A DNA stretch of 36,664 bases from Hyphomicrobiaceae bacterium (GCA_025359005.1 JANYHP010000425.1:1-36664); one strand, 5' to 3'. Counted from the stretch's first letter, positions 25,441 through 35,740 are shown. Translations and numbers: made by a program. The notes: generated by a model from the sequence alone, not told the origin.

Positions 25441-26670
25441 ATGGCTTTGGATCTGACGCGTCGCGGTTGGCTTGAAGGGGCTGCTGTGCTGGCCTTCGCC
25501 GGCAAGCCGGACGGCGCCCAAGCGCAATCGGCAGCGCAGCCCTTCCCCCAATGGGCCGAGACGTTCCGCCCCCGCGCCCGCGCCCGTGGCGTCTCGGATG
25601 CCACCTATAACCTGGTCATGGCCGCCATGAAGCCCGACACCTCGGTCTACGCGCGCGACAAGGCGCAGCCCGAGTTCCACGAGCAGGTCTGGCAATATAT
25701 AAACCGCCGCGTTTCAGACTGGCGCATTACAACAGGCCGCGAACGCGCCAAAGAACACGCCCCCCTATTGGCCAGGATCGAACGCACCTACGGCGTCGAT
25801 CGCTACACCATGCTTGGGCTGTGGGGCATGGAGTCGGCGTTCGGCGATGTCGTCACCAACCCCAAGCACATGCGACCCATCCTGCCGGCGCTCGCGGCCC
25901 TCGCCTGGGGCGAACCGCGCCGTCGCCCCTACTGGGAGCAGGAATTGCTCAACGCACTGGTCATCGTCGAGCGCGGCTGGGCCAAGCCCGCGGAGATGAT
26001 CGGTTCGTGGGCCGGCGCCATGGGGCATACGCAGTGGATGCCGGAAGTGTGGCTCAGCATGGGCGTCGATTTCGACGGCGATGGGCGGGTCTCACCCTTC
26101 GGCCCGCCCGATGATGCGCTGGCCGGCACCGCGCAATACATCGCCAAGCGCGGTCACTACCGGCGCGGCGAGGGCTGGGGGTACGAAGTCGTCCTGCCTG
26201 CCGGCATGAATGCGAATTCCGCCGAGATGGCGCCCGTCACCGCTTGGGGCGAGCGCGGCGTGCGGCGTGCAGGGGGCCAATTGTTTCCGCGGCCGCAGGA
26301 GCGCGCGCGGCTCTGGCAACCGGTCGCTGGTGGCCCCGTGTTTCTGCTGACCAAGAATTTTGATGCCGTCCGCTCCTACAATCCCGCCAACACCTACGCC
26401 CTTGCCATCGTCCATCTGGGCGACCGAATCCGCGGCGATGGCCCGTTCGCACAATCCTTCCCTGGCGGCGAACGCATTCTGACATTGCCGGAAGTGCAGG
26501 AAATCCAGCAGCGCCTCACCGCGCGCGGCTTTGACACTGACGGCACCGACGGCCGCGTCGGCAACGACACGATGCGCGCCGTGCGCGCCTTCCAGACCAA
26601 GTCAGGCCTCGCCCCAGCCGACGGCTACCCAGGCCTCAAGGTACTCGCCAAATTGCGCGAGGCCAGCTGA
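25441..26670 (+). CDS. Lytic murein transglycosylase (MltB/SLT_2 family) with a C-terminal peptidoglycan-binding domain
   Basis: A Tat-like signal is present (TRRGWLEGAAVLAFAG). The catalytic region reads LGLWGMESAFG...GAMGHTQWMPEVW. NFDAVRSYNPANTYALAI is also present. The C-terminal PG_binding_1 motif is VQEIQQRLTARGFDTDGTDGRVGNDTMRAVRAFQ. Confidence 0.87.
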   Translation: MALDLTRRGWLEGAAVLAFAGKPDGAQAQSAAQPFPQWAETFRPRARARGVSDATYNLVMAAMKPDTSVYARDKAQPEFHEQVWQYINRRVSDWRITTGRERAKEHAPLLARIERTYGVDRYTMLGLWGMESAFGDVVTNPKHMRPILPALAALAWGEPRRRPYWEQELLNALVIVERGWAKPAEMIGSWAGAMGHTQWMPEVWLSMGVDFDGDGRVSPFGPPDDALAGTAQYIAKRGHYRRGEGWGYEVVLPAGMNANSAEMAPVTAWGERGVRRAGGQLFPRPQERARLWQPVAGGPVFLLTKNFDAVRSYNPANTYALAIVHLGDRIRGDGPFAQSFPGGERILTLPEVQEIQQRLTARGFDTDGTDGRVGNDTMRAVRAFQTKSGLAPADGYPGLKVLAKLREAS

Positions 26671-26872
26671 CGCGCCCCTCTGTTCTCTTGAACCCCATGG
26701 GTCCAGGGGCTCGCCTCTGGTTAGAAAGCTCGAGAGGCGAACAGGCTCTCGACTTGCACCCGGCACGGGTGAAGTCTTTGCTTCCCCCAGGGGGATCGTC
26801 GCAGCCGCCGCGGCCTGCTAAGACCGTCGTCAACAGACCGCCATCAGGCGGCGCACCCAGGGGGAAACCACC

Positions 26873-27922
26873 ATGTCCATCACACGCCGGCACGCCATCG
26901 GTGGTATCACGACGCTTGCCGCAGCGACCACGCTGCCACGCCTCGCCGCCGCGCAGACAATGATGACGGCGACGCACACGTTCGGACCGGCCACGGCCAT
27001 CTACGCACTCGGCTGGATCGGCGTAGCAAAGGGCTTCTTCAAACCTGAACATCTCGACTTGAAATTCGCCGCCTTCAACGCCGGCACGCAAGGACGGCAG
27101 GCCGTTGCCTCCGGCCAGGCGCAGTTCGGTCATGGCGACAGCAACCATCCGCTGCAACTGTCCACGCGCGGCAAGAAGTGCAAGATCCTGTTTGCGACAC
27201 AGGCCATCGCGTCGATCTCCAATATCGTCGTGCGCCGCGATCTCTACGACGCCGGCATCACCACCATCGAGAAATTGGCCGACTACAAGCGCCCGGACGG
27301 CGCCAAGCCCATCATCGCCGCGACCGCCATCGGCTCTGGCACATGGATGTACGGCACCTATCTGTTCGAAGCAAAAAAGCTCGGCGACCGCATCCACTGG
27401 GTCGCCGGTGGCGGCGCCAACACCATGTACCCGAGCCTGCAGACCAAGCAGTTCGACGCCATCGTGGCGGTGCCGACCTGGGTCATCGAGGCGGAAACGC
27501 AAGGCTTCGGCAAAGCCATCTACGACACCTCCAAGCCCGGCGTCTTCGAGGCCACGTTCGGCGGCACGGTGCCGGTGCTCGTCGTCTACGCGCTTGAGGA
27601 AACCATCGAGACCGACCGGCCGCTGGTGCAAGCCTTCGTCAACGGCATGGTGGCGGCAATGAAGTGGGTCAAGGCCACGCCGATCGACGAGGTCTATGCG
27701 CTGGTCGCCGAAAAGTACTTCGCCGGCGTCGATCCCGTCGCGGTAAAGGCCGAACTCGGCTTCGACAAGAATACCTGGGCCTACGATGGCCGCATCGACA
27801 AGCCCATGTGGGAGCGCGGCGGTCGCGTCTGGTACCGCAAGGGCACCGACATCCCCGAAACCAAATACGAAGACATCGTCGACATGAGCTTTCTCGAAGC
27901 GGCGCTGGCCAAGTTCAAGTGA
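26873..27922 (+). CDS. ABC transporter substrate-binding protein, NMT1/THI5-like (NitT/TauT family)
   Basis: It has a Tat signal (MSITRRHAIGGITTLAAATTLPRLAAAQ) and periplasmic-binding-protein size. It is the first gene of an SBP-ATPase-permease operon. Confidence 0.75.
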   Translation: MSITRRHAIGGITTLAAATTLPRLAAAQTMMTATHTFGPATAIYALGWIGVAKGFFKPEHLDLKFAAFNAGTQGRQAVASGQAQFGHGDSNHPLQLSTRGKKCKILFATQAIASISNIVVRRDLYDAGITTIEKLADYKRPDGAKPIIAATAIGSGTWMYGTYLFEAKKLGDRIHWVAGGGANTMYPSLQTKQFDAIVAVPTWVIEAETQGFGKAIYDTSKPGVFEATFGGTVPVLVVYALEETIETDRPLVQAFVNGMVAAMKWVKATPIDEVYALVAEKYFAGVDPVAVKAELGFDKNTWAYDGRIDKPMWERGGRVWYRKGTDIPETKYEDIVDMSFLEAALAKFK

Positions 27923-27929
27923 GGCGCGC

Positions 27930-28763
27930 GTGTCCGAAGTCTTGCCCATGACGGCCATGACGGCGACGGCGGCACCAGCCGACCGCATCACCGTACGCAA
28001 TCTCGACAAGCGGTTCCGCGGCGCCTCCGGCGATGTTGTCGCCGTAGACAACGTTTCGTTCACGGTGCGCCAGGGCGAGTTTGTGGCGCTGCTCGGCCCG
28101 TCGGGCTGCGGCAAGAGCACGATCCTGAACATGGTCGCTGGCTTGCTCGAACGCTCGGGCGGCGGGGTGGCGATCGACGCCGATCCTGTTGTGCACGGCG
28201 CCATCAACCGCAAGGTGGGCTACGTGTTCCAGCGCGACACGGTCTTTCCCTGGCGCACGGTGGAAGCCAACATCGGCTATGGCCTCGAGATCGCCGGCGA
28301 CAGCAAGACAGCGCGCGCGGCCAAGGTGCAGCGCGCGATCGAGACGGCAGGGCTCTCAGGCTTCGGCCGCAGCTTTCCGCGCACGTTGTCGGGCGGCATG
28401 CGGCAGCGCGTAGCCTTGATGCGCACGTTGATCCTGGAACCCGAAATCCTGCTGATGGACGAACCCTTCGGCGCCCTCGACACCCACACCAAGCTCGAAA
28501 TGCACAAGACGCTGCTCGAAATCTGGGAGCGGGAGCGCCAGACCGTACTGTTCGTCACCCACGATCTCGGCGAAGCCCTGACCTTGGCCAGTCGCATCAT
28601 CCTGCTGTCGGCCCGGCCCGGCCGCCTCAAGGAAGATTTCGAAGTGCCCTTCGCCCGGCCGCGCGATCCCGTTGCCTTGCGCGAGAGCGCCGAGTTCGGG
28701 CGCCTCTATTCCCACATCTGGCATTCGCTCGGCGAGGAATTCCGCCGCACCAAGGCGGACTGA
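27930..28763 (+). CDS. ABC transporter ATP-binding protein (NitT/TauT family)
   Basis: Walker A GPSGCGKST, the signature LSGGMRQR, Walker B LLMDEPFGALD and the H-loop VTHD are all present. The start is a GTG at 27930, with an alternative ATG at 27948. Confidence 0.9.
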   Translation: MSEVLPMTAMTATAAPADRITVRNLDKRFRGASGDVVAVDNVSFTVRQGEFVALLGPSGCGKSTILNMVAGLLERSGGGVAIDADPVVHGAINRKVGYVFQRDTVFPWRTVEANIGYGLEIAGDSKTARAAKVQRAIETAGLSGFGRSFPRTLSGGMRQRVALMRTLILEPEILLMDEPFGALDTHTKLEMHKTLLEIWERERQTVLFVTHDLGEALTLASRIILLSARPGRLKEDFEVPFARPRDPVALRESAEFGRLYSHIWHSLGEEFRRTKAD

Positions 28764-28765
28764 TC

Positions 28766-29614
28766 ATGACGGCACGCAAGATGTCGATCTGGGCCTGGCG
28801 GCTGGTGGTGCTGGCGGTGTTGCTCGGTACCTGGGAATGGGGCTTCGACCTCGCCAAGCTGGTACTGCCGAAGGCGTGGGTGCCGAAGTTCCTCGACCCC
28901 TATTTCGTCTCCAAGCCAACGGCGATTTGGGCGAGCTTCCTCAGGCTCGGCTGCTTCACTGACCCGCTCGGTTTCAGCGCCTGCCTCGCGGCCAACGACA
29001 ACAACCTGTGGGTCGCCATGCTGGTGACCTTGAAGAATATGTGGTGGGGCTTCCTGTGGGGCACCGGGCTCGGCATGCTGACGGGGCTGGTGCTTGGCCG
29101 TTCCGACTACCTCTCGGAGATCTTTGCGCCCTTCATTGTCGCGCTGAATTCCATCCCGCGCATCGCGCTGGTGCCGCTGATCATCCTCATGTTCGGCCTC
29201 GGTGATCTGTCAAAGATCGTGACGGCGGGGATTGTTGTCTACTTCGTCGTCTTCTTCAACACCTACGAAGGCACGCGCGCCGTCGACCGCGACCAGATCG
29301 CAGCCGCACGTCTGCTCGGTGCCAGCGAGTTCACAGTGCTGCGGACTGTCGTCGTCCCCTCGGCGCTGGCGTGGGTGTTTGCGTCGCTAACGCCGGCGGT
29401 ATCGTTCGCGCTCATCGGCGTCATCGTCGGCGAGTTCATCGGCGCCGAGCGGGGGCTCGGCAAGCTGATCATCGAAGCTGAAGCGCGCGCCAACGCGTCG
29501 GAAATGATGGTGGCGATCTTCGTCATGATGATCGTCGGCATCCTGCTGGCCATCGTGGTGCGCCGCATCCAGGGTTACCTGCTGCGCTGGCAACCGCAGT
29601 TCGACAAGAGCTAA
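28766..29614 (+). CDS. ABC transporter permease (BPD_transp_1, NitT/TauT family)
   Basis: Six hydrophobic segments are present, with an EAA-like loop (NTYEGTRAVDRDQIAAARLLGAS). It starts 2 nt after the ATPase stop. Confidence 0.87.
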   Translation: MTARKMSIWAWRLVVLAVLLGTWEWGFDLAKLVLPKAWVPKFLDPYFVSKPTAIWASFLRLGCFTDPLGFSACLAANDNNLWVAMLVTLKNMWWGFLWGTGLGMLTGLVLGRSDYLSEIFAPFIVALNSIPRIALVPLIILMFGLGDLSKIVTAGIVVYFVVFFNTYEGTRAVDRDQIAAARLLGASEFTVLRTVVVPSALAWVFASLTPAVSFALIGVIVGEFIGAERGLGKLIIEAEARANASEMMVAIFVMMIVGILLAIVVRRIQGYLLRWQPQFDKS

Positions 29615-29748
29615 CGCCGCCGCGGACATGCCCGCGGGACTGTGGCCGGCCCACGATTCCGTGCTAGTGTCGGGCGAAGCAGGCGCGGGGCCATTCGTTA
29701 GGCAACGCCGCCGCAGTGTGTGCACGCCAAGGACGGATAGCCGCAGCA

Positions 29749-30579
29749 ATGACCGACGCGCCGAAAAACAGAGTTACCAAATCGGCGACATCGCCGCCCC
29801 GTACTTCGGCCACGGCGCGTGCGCCGCAGAACGCGGCCTTCGAGCAGGAAGTCGACGAGGAACTGCAGCGCGACAGGTTGCACGAGCTGTGGGAGCAGTA
29901 TTCGGGCTATGTGCTAGCCGGTGCAATCGCCATCGTACTCGGCGTCGGCGGCTATAAATTAATGGAATCCAAGCGCTTGGCTCAGATGGAAGCCGAAGGT
30001 GCGCGCTATACCGTCGCGGTTAAGCAGTTGACCGACACCCCCGCCGACCCAACCCATCCCGCCCTCGACAGCATCGCCAAAGGCACCGGCGGCTTCGCAA
30101 TGCTGGCTCAAATGCGCTTGGCCGGCGCCGAGGCTGTGGCCGGCAAGGCCGCCGAAGCGGCCGCCCGATACGATGCCGCCAGCCAGATGCGCGGCGCCGA
30201 CGTGATGCTCGCCGATTTTGCCCGCCTGCAATCCGCCATGTTGCAGTTGGATACGGCACCATGGGCGGACCTGAAGGCCAAGCTGGCTCCTCTTGCTGTC
30301 GACGCCAACCCCTGGCGGCACGGCGCGCGCGAAGTGTTGGGCATGGCGGCGCTGAAGGCTGGCAACAGATCTGAAGCGCGGATGCAGTTCGAGAAGTTGA
30401 TAAGCGACACCGCGGTCCCGGCGGGGATAGCTGAAAGGGCACGAATCGTGATGGGGTCACTCGCAGCCGCTGAACTGGCTGAAAAGGGCCCGCTGGCTCC
30501 GGCGCCGGTAGTAGCAACGACGCCTGCACCCGCGGTCGCGGTGCCTGCAAATGGCGCACCGGCCGAAAAAAAGAAATGA
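29749..30579 (+). CDS. Membrane-anchored TPR-like protein (YfgM-like)
   Basis: It has a basic N-terminus, one TM (YVLAGAIAIVLGVGGY) and a helical-repeat periplasmic domain. It lies immediately upstream of bamB, as in many proteobacteria. Confidence 0.55.
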   Translation: MTDAPKNRVTKSATSPPRTSATARAPQNAAFEQEVDEELQRDRLHELWEQYSGYVLAGAIAIVLGVGGYKLMESKRLAQMEAEGARYTVAVKQLTDTPADPTHPALDSIAKGTGGFAMLAQMRLAGAEAVAGKAAEAAARYDAASQMRGADVMLADFARLQSAMLQLDTAPWADLKAKLAPLAVDANPWRHGAREVLGMAALKAGNRSEARMQFEKLISDTAVPAGIAERARIVMGSLAAAELAEKGPLAPAPVVATTPAPAVAVPANGAPAEKKK

Positions 30580-30663
30580 CTGCAGTGAACCCTGCAGCTG
30601 TGATTACGCAACGAGACCTGCGGCGTGCCCCCCGCGCCGGCAACGAAGGCATCTGGATCGATC

Positions 30664-32067
30664 ATGCGGAGCGAGCACAGACGTTTAGGGGATGAAAAGC
30701 ACGGCCCGGCGCGTGGCAAGCGCCACAGCGTTGCGCGAGCGGCGCGGCAATCGCTGGCTGGCGTATTGATGCTGATGCCGGCGCTGCTGACGGGCTGCTC
30801 AGACAGCCTGCCGAGCTTGCCCAAGTTGACCGAACTCAACCCCTTTGCCGAAAAGCCCACCGTCCTGCCGGGCAAGCGCGTCGCCGTGATCAGCGATGCC
30901 AGCGCCGTCGGCGCCGATCTCGCCCCCGCCGACAGCCCCATCCAGGTCGGCGCCCTCGCCGGCAACGAGCAATGGACGCAACCAGGCGGCACCCCGAACA
31001 ATTCTCCAGGTCACCTGGCCCTGGCCCCGACCATCAAGGTCGCGTGGACGGCGGACGCCGGCAACGGCTCCAGCAAATATGGCAAGATCAGCGCCAGCCC
31101 CATCGTCGTCGGTGGCAAAGTCTTCACGCTCGACGCCACCGGCGCCGTCACTGCCTTTTCCGTCAGTGGTGGCGGGCAGGTCTGGCGTGTTTCGCTGAAG
31201 CCCGAAGGCGAGAAGTCCGCTGAAAAGGGCTACGGCGGCGGCTTGGCGTCGGATGGCGGCAAGATCTTCGCGGCAACCGGCTTCGGCACCATCGTGGCGC
31301 TCGACCCGGGCACCGGCAAACAGCTCTGGGAGCGCAACATCGGCATTCCCGTCCGCACCTCGCCGACGGCGTCGTCCGGGCGCGTGCTGGCCGTCACCAT
31401 CGACGGCGAAGTGGTGTGCCTGTCGGCCGACGACGGCAGTGAAAGCTGGCGTTATCGCGGCCTCGAGGAAAAGGCCAGCATCATCTCCAACGCCAGCCCC
31501 GCCATCGAAGGCAGCTTGGCCATCGTGCCCTTCACTTCCGGCGAAGTCGTAGGCCTCAACCTTGCGACTGGCACGCCCGTCTGGACCGAGAGCCTGGCCA
31601 AGACCCGATTGGCCTCGTCGCTCGCCTCCATGACCGACGCGGCACGCCCGGTGATCGACAACGGCACCGTGTTCGCCGTCGGCCATGCCGGCCGCATGAT
31701 TGCCTCGTCGCTGCGCGGTGAGCGCATCTGGCAGATTTCCGTCCCCGGCACGCAGCAACCCGTCGTATCCGGCGACAGCGTCTTCGTCGTCGACACCAAC
31801 GGTTTGCTGATGGCGCTGACCCGCCGTGACGGCAAGGTCCGCTGGTCGGGCAAATTGGCTGGCAACAGCATCTGGTCCGGTCCCGTTCTCGCCGGTGATA
31901 AGTTGTGGCTGACCTCAGCAGCAGGGCAGCTGGTCTCTGTCGAGCCTTCCACCGGCAAGATCGCCACCACCCTCGATCTGGGCCAGCCGGTCTACATCGC
32001 GCCCATCGTCGCCGGCAATCGCATGTTCGTGTTGACCGACAAAGCCAAGCTGATCGCCCTGAATTGA
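30664..32067 (+). CDS. bamB: Outer membrane protein assembly factor BamB (PQQ-like beta-propeller lipoprotein)
   Basis: The lipobox is LLTGC|SD. Repeated blades of the type G.V.ALD..TG...W are present (e.g. GTIVALDPGTGKQLWE, GEVVGLNLATGTPVWT, LLMALTRRDGKVRWS, QLVSVEPSTGKI). Confidence 0.85.
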   Translation: MRSEHRRLGDEKHGPARGKRHSVARAARQSLAGVLMLMPALLTGCSDSLPSLPKLTELNPFAEKPTVLPGKRVAVISDASAVGADLAPADSPIQVGALAGNEQWTQPGGTPNNSPGHLALAPTIKVAWTADAGNGSSKYGKISASPIVVGGKVFTLDATGAVTAFSVSGGGQVWRVSLKPEGEKSAEKGYGGGLASDGGKIFAATGFGTIVALDPGTGKQLWERNIGIPVRTSPTASSGRVLAVTIDGEVVCLSADDGSESWRYRGLEEKASIISNASPAIEGSLAIVPFTSGEVVGLNLATGTPVWTESLAKTRLASSLASMTDAARPVIDNGTVFAVGHAGRMIASSLRGERIWQISVPGTQQPVVSGDSVFVVDTNGLLMALTRRDGKVRWSGKLAGNSIWSGPVLAGDKLWLTSAAGQLVSVEPSTGKIATTLDLGQPVYIAPIVAGNRMFVLTDKAKLIALN

Positions 32068-32619
32068 CGGCAACCGTCGGCCCTGGATTGCTGCACACGA
32101 ACGAGGCGGGGGGCGGCTCTGTTACGGACGATGCAAGCCCTTCGAGCCGCGCGCCAGCGGCCACGGCGGATATCCGTCTCCAGCGGTACTATTCCTCAGT
32201 CGCACCAAAATGCAGCCGCGCGGCCCAAAACGCTTCCGCTGAAGCCAAAGACCGTCCAAACTTGGATCGCATTGCGTATGGCGCCGCCGTGGGCCACCTG
32301 CATACCAACGGGGATCGTTTAAGGCGTGTGATTGCGGCATTGCATGAGGCAGTACGCGTCACGCCCGACCGCTGGAGAGGATACAAGACACCCGGCGGAA
32401 CCACTTTCCAACGCGTTCTCAGTGCCGGCCCGACAGATACCGGCGGAAGTGCTAAGCACGAGACCAATTAAAATGAGTAAAGGTAGAGTGACACGTTGCC
32501 CCGTGCGACGGGCCGCGTTGTCAGTGGCGATGAATTCACGACAACTTGGCGAACCGACCTACAGAACCTGATACTCTCACTGATGTCAGCGCTCTGGAGA
32601 AATTACCCCCGGATCGTCG

Positions 32620-33609
32620 TCATCCGCGGGTCGCTTCCGCTATATCGGGCGGAACCACTATTCCATCCCGCGCTGCGCGTGCCCGATTGGCGAGCCGGCG
32701 TGTACCTGGCAGGCGCGCGCCCGGCTGGTTTTCTATTTCTCTGATCAGCGCCGCCATCCGGCCAGTGAATGTCGCGTGCCCAAACGCCGCTGGATCGATG
32801 GCGACTATCAATTGTCCTGTTTCCGGCGGAGGACCCTGGCCATCCAAAAATGACGATGCTTCGAACGCCAGGTTCGCGCCGGGGACTGAAGCCGCCAGAA
32901 CCTCTACCATAAACGCCAGTGCGGTGCCTTTCGCGTCACCGAGCGGGATCATCGTACCCTGCAGTGCCTTTGCAGCATCGGTTGTCGGATGTCCGTTGAC
33001 ATCAAGCGCCCAACCTTCGGGTATGGCCTCCCCACGCTGCTTTGCGGTGACAATAGGTCCGCGAGCCACTTTGGAGAGTGCTAAGTCGACGACCGCCGGA
33101 TCTCGTCCTTCTAAGGGTGCGGCGAATGCAATTGGATTAGTCCCGAACACAGCCTTTGACCCACCCCAAGGGGCCATCGCGCTCGGCGTGTTGGCGAAAA
33201 GCAATGCGACAAGGCCTTTTCTGGCCAGTGCTTCGCAAGGCAGCCCCGCCGAACCACAATGGTTAGAGCGTCGGATTGACGCCGTCGCTATCCCTTGTCG
33301 CAACGCGAGCGCTGGCAAGTCTGACACGGCAAGGTCGATCGCTGGATAGGCGAAACCACATTCAGCGTCGATCGCGAGCACGCCAGGGCGTGGTCGCGTT
33401 GCCGAAGGCACTGCCTGGCCATTGATCTTGCCGCTTTTTACCATCTGTATGTAAGTCGGGATCCGGGACAGACCATGGCCTTTGAGGCCATCAGCCTCGG
33501 CGGCCACCAATGCCAACGCAACTGAATGTGCGTTCGAAGCACTGCAGCCGTACCGCACGAATATGGCAGTGACCCACGCAACTGCGTCTACGAGTGAAAG
33601 GGTGCTCAT
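32620..33609 (-). CDS. Ldh_2 family (malate/L-lactate/ureidoglycolate-type) NAD(P)H-dependent oxidoreductase
   Basis: GLKGHGLSRIPTYIQMVKSG, RRSNHCGSAG, GTNPIAFAAP and KGTALAFMVEVLA are typical Ldh_2 motifs. The gene looks lower in GC than its flanks. Confidence 0.8.
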   Translation of the reverse strand: MSTLSLVDAVAWVTAIFVRYGCSASNAHSVALALVAAEADGLKGHGLSRIPTYIQMVKSGKINGQAVPSATRPRPGVLAIDAECGFAYPAIDLAVSDLPALALRQGIATASIRRSNHCGSAGLPCEALARKGLVALLFANTPSAMAPWGGSKAVFGTNPIAFAAPLEGRDPAVVDLALSKVARGPIVTAKQRGEAIPEGWALDVNGHPTTDAAKALQGTMIPLGDAKGTALAFMVEVLAASVPGANLAFEASSFLDGQGPPPETGQLIVAIDPAAFGHATFTGRMAALIREIENQPGARLPGTRRLANRARAARDGIVVPPDIAEATRG

Positions 33610-33863
33610 GCCGCAAGCGCCTCGTTAAAGTGGAAAAGAAGCCCCGGGTCGAAAACGGCCGCCCGCCAACCGTAATATTGCTTTGAGGGGCACGCACGGT
33701 CCAGGCCGGTCAACGCGCGAACCATGTCCGGCAATATCTTGCCCCGACCCCAACAGCCTCACGCCCTCCGCCGTGTACCGCGTACCGCGCAGATGCCTGC
33801 CAGCCATCACGCTCCGTGATCGAGCCAACTCGCCCCCAGCCCCAAACCACCAGAAGCGCGCGC

Positions 33864-34859
33864 CTACTCCGCAAACAGCACCGTCACGTCTTCGTCGGCG
33901 GTGTGGTTCGTGGCGCTCACCGAACGCCCGCCTGTCACCGCGCCGGTGAGCCCCGCCCGGCAGGTAAAGGCTTTTTCCTTCTCCGCCGTCTCGATCGTCA
34001 TCTGGTAGGTGGCCGCGCTGCCGCGCGCGTTGGCGCCAGCGTAGGCGACAAAATTCACCCATTTGATCGTCGGCGGCGCGCCCGCTGTTGCCCGCGCCGT
34101 CAACGCCTGCGCCTCCGCCTCGGGCACGCAGTAGCGTTGTTGCAGTGTGGGCGCCGTCTCAGCGGTCCAGGCCGCAACGCCGGCAATGGGCTGGTAGCTG
34201 GCAGACAGCGTCCGCACCTGGCCGGGCCCGAACTCCTGCTGCCAGTACATAGTAGACTTCAACACCCAGCGCGGCTCGTATTGCCCCTCCACCTGGCGGA
34301 TCGCGCTGCGGGCCATCAGGCCCAAACGCGTCTCCTCGGCCAGTTCTGCAATCAGGCCCGGCAGTTCCGGCGCCAACGGATAAAGTGGCAGCTTGGCGGC
34401 ACTCAGTTGCGCCGTCACATCGACCAGTCCCAGCGCCAGCGCCCGCGACTCGACGAAGAACTCGACCGGCACACCGTCGACCTGGGCCGCCAGCGCGATG
34501 TAGTTTGCGGTATTCTGCGGATCGTAGGCAGTGTTGTCGACGTCCGCACCGTCAATCTGCAACATGTCGATGTCCGGCAACGCCATGCCAACGAGCGTGG
34601 TACGCGCGCGTTGCTCCGTGTTGCGGACGCTATACGTCGCCTGCACCCGCGCGGAGCCGATGACGATGGCCTCCCGCTCAGTGACCAACCCGCCACCACC
34701 CGCATAGGACAGCCCGCCGGCCGGCAACTCGGCAGTCGGCTCCGCGGCGCGCACCGCGATCACAGCCATCGCCGATAGGCCCAGCGCCAGACACAAGCCT
34801 CGCGCTCGCGTGAGCCTAACCCCGACCGCCGCCCGCGTCACCCGTCGCATCACGCCCAC
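33864..34859 (-). CDS. Exported hypothetical protein (DUF4424-like, tentative)
   Basis: The signal peptide is LCLALGLSAMAVIAVRAAEP. The mature N-terminus AELPAGGLSY resembles the start of DUF4424 proteins as I recall them. The protein is 331 aa. Confidence 0.5.
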   Translation of the reverse strand: MGVMRRVTRAAVGVRLTRARGLCLALGLSAMAVIAVRAAEPTAELPAGGLSYAGGGGLVTEREAIVIGSARVQATYSVRNTEQRARTTLVGMALPDIDMLQIDGADVDNTAYDPQNTANYIALAAQVDGVPVEFFVESRALALGLVDVTAQLSAAKLPLYPLAPELPGLIAELAEETRLGLMARSAIRQVEGQYEPRWVLKSTMYWQQEFGPGQVRTLSASYQPIAGVAAWTAETAPTLQQRYCVPEAEAQALTARATAGAPPTIKWVNFVAYAGANARGSAATYQMTIETAEKEKAFTCRAGLTGAVTGGRSVSATNHTADEDVTVLFAE

Positions 34860-34964
34860 TCCATCGTACCGACAGGCTCATGCGGCCGTCCTGGGCATTA
34901 TAGCATCCGGCGTTCGCGCGTCACGTGGCGCCATCGCCTGACATCCGGGCGCGATGAGCCGGCG

Positions 34965-35543
34965 TCAGGCGGCGGCCTTCACCAGGCGCTTCTGCAGGTC
35001 GAAGACCGCCATCATGTAGCCGACGCGATCGTCCACGGCTTCCGCCAGGATCGAGAAGTAGTTCGGCGTTTCGGGAAGAATCTCGCCGATGACTTCGCCA
35101 TATTCGAACTTCAGATCGGCTTCGTGCTTGCGCGCGATGGCCTGCATCTTGGCATTCTCGGCAAGGCAACTCATGTAGAGGCGATGGATACCGCGGTTGC
35201 GCGCCGACCGGATGACCCGGCCCATCAGCTCCGTGCCCAGCCCATGATCCTGGAACGCATGCTCCACTGAGAAAGCGGCTTCTGCTTCATTGCCCCAGCG
35301 GTCACCCAGCTTGCGCAACTCGGCCGCCGCGCGCACTTCCGTATCCTCGGCGTAGGCGTACACGATACTGCCCATGTCGTTCATGCGCAGCGCATAGTCC
35401 TCGATGAAGGTATCGGAGACTGAATGGGCGAAACGCATCCGCCGGCTATCCTTGTCCAGCCGGAGCAGGTGGTCCCGGAATGCAGAGGTCTCGCTGGGCA
35501 GCAGTTTTCGGATCGTCCCGGCGAGCGGTGGGTGGTTGCTCAT
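34965..35543 (-). CDS. GNAT family N-acetyltransferase
   Basis: The ATG at 35543 has an AGGAG RBS. The motif A region is VEHAFQDHGLGTELMGRVIRSARNRGIHRLYMSCLAENAKMQAIARK. Confidence 0.68.
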   Translation of the reverse strand: MSNHPPLAGTIRKLLPSETSAFRDHLLRLDKDSRRMRFAHSVSDTFIEDYALRMNDMGSIVYAYAEDTEVRAAAELRKLGDRWGNEAEAAFSVEHAFQDHGLGTELMGRVIRSARNRGIHRLYMSCLAENAKMQAIARKHEADLKFEYGEVIGEILPETPNYFSILAEAVDDRVGYMMAVFDLQKRLVKAAA

Positions 35544-35740
35544 ACTCGTTCTCCTCTTGGGTCCGGTGTCGGACTCTTGAGCGGATGAGTTGGAATGTAA
35601 GTGATCACTTCGCATTGCACAATAGCGCGAGGGCCGCACCCTGCCCAATAAACAAGCATATGAAATCATTTCAATTTAATGACAATTAACGATGCATGAA
35701 CATCGCCGGTTCACAGCTCGCGCAAAGGCCGTTTTCTGGT

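Noticed and set aside
26671-26872. Possible TPP (THI-box) riboswitch upstream of the NMT1/THI5-like binding-protein gene
   Set aside because: I see no CUGAGA / ACCUGAUCUGGAUAAUGCCAGCG-like conserved cores. There is only a generic hairpin (cgcctct...agaggcg, about 26712-26741), which more likely terminates the transglycosylase gene.
26636-28213. 525-aa minus-strand ORF across the ABC transporter SBP and ATPase genes
   Set aside because: It is an antisense shadow ORF. The + strand frames carry Walker A/B, the ABC signature and a Tat signal peptide.
32068-32619. A tRNA, tmRNA, SRP RNA or other classical RNA gene in the non-coding gap after bamB (and in the gaps at 269-746 and 2857-3188)
   Set aside because: I found no T-loop GGTTCGAAT-type motif with matching acceptor-stem complementarity, no tag-peptide ORF (ANDN...) and no SRP domain IV consensus. 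I cannot exclude novel sRNAs by eye.
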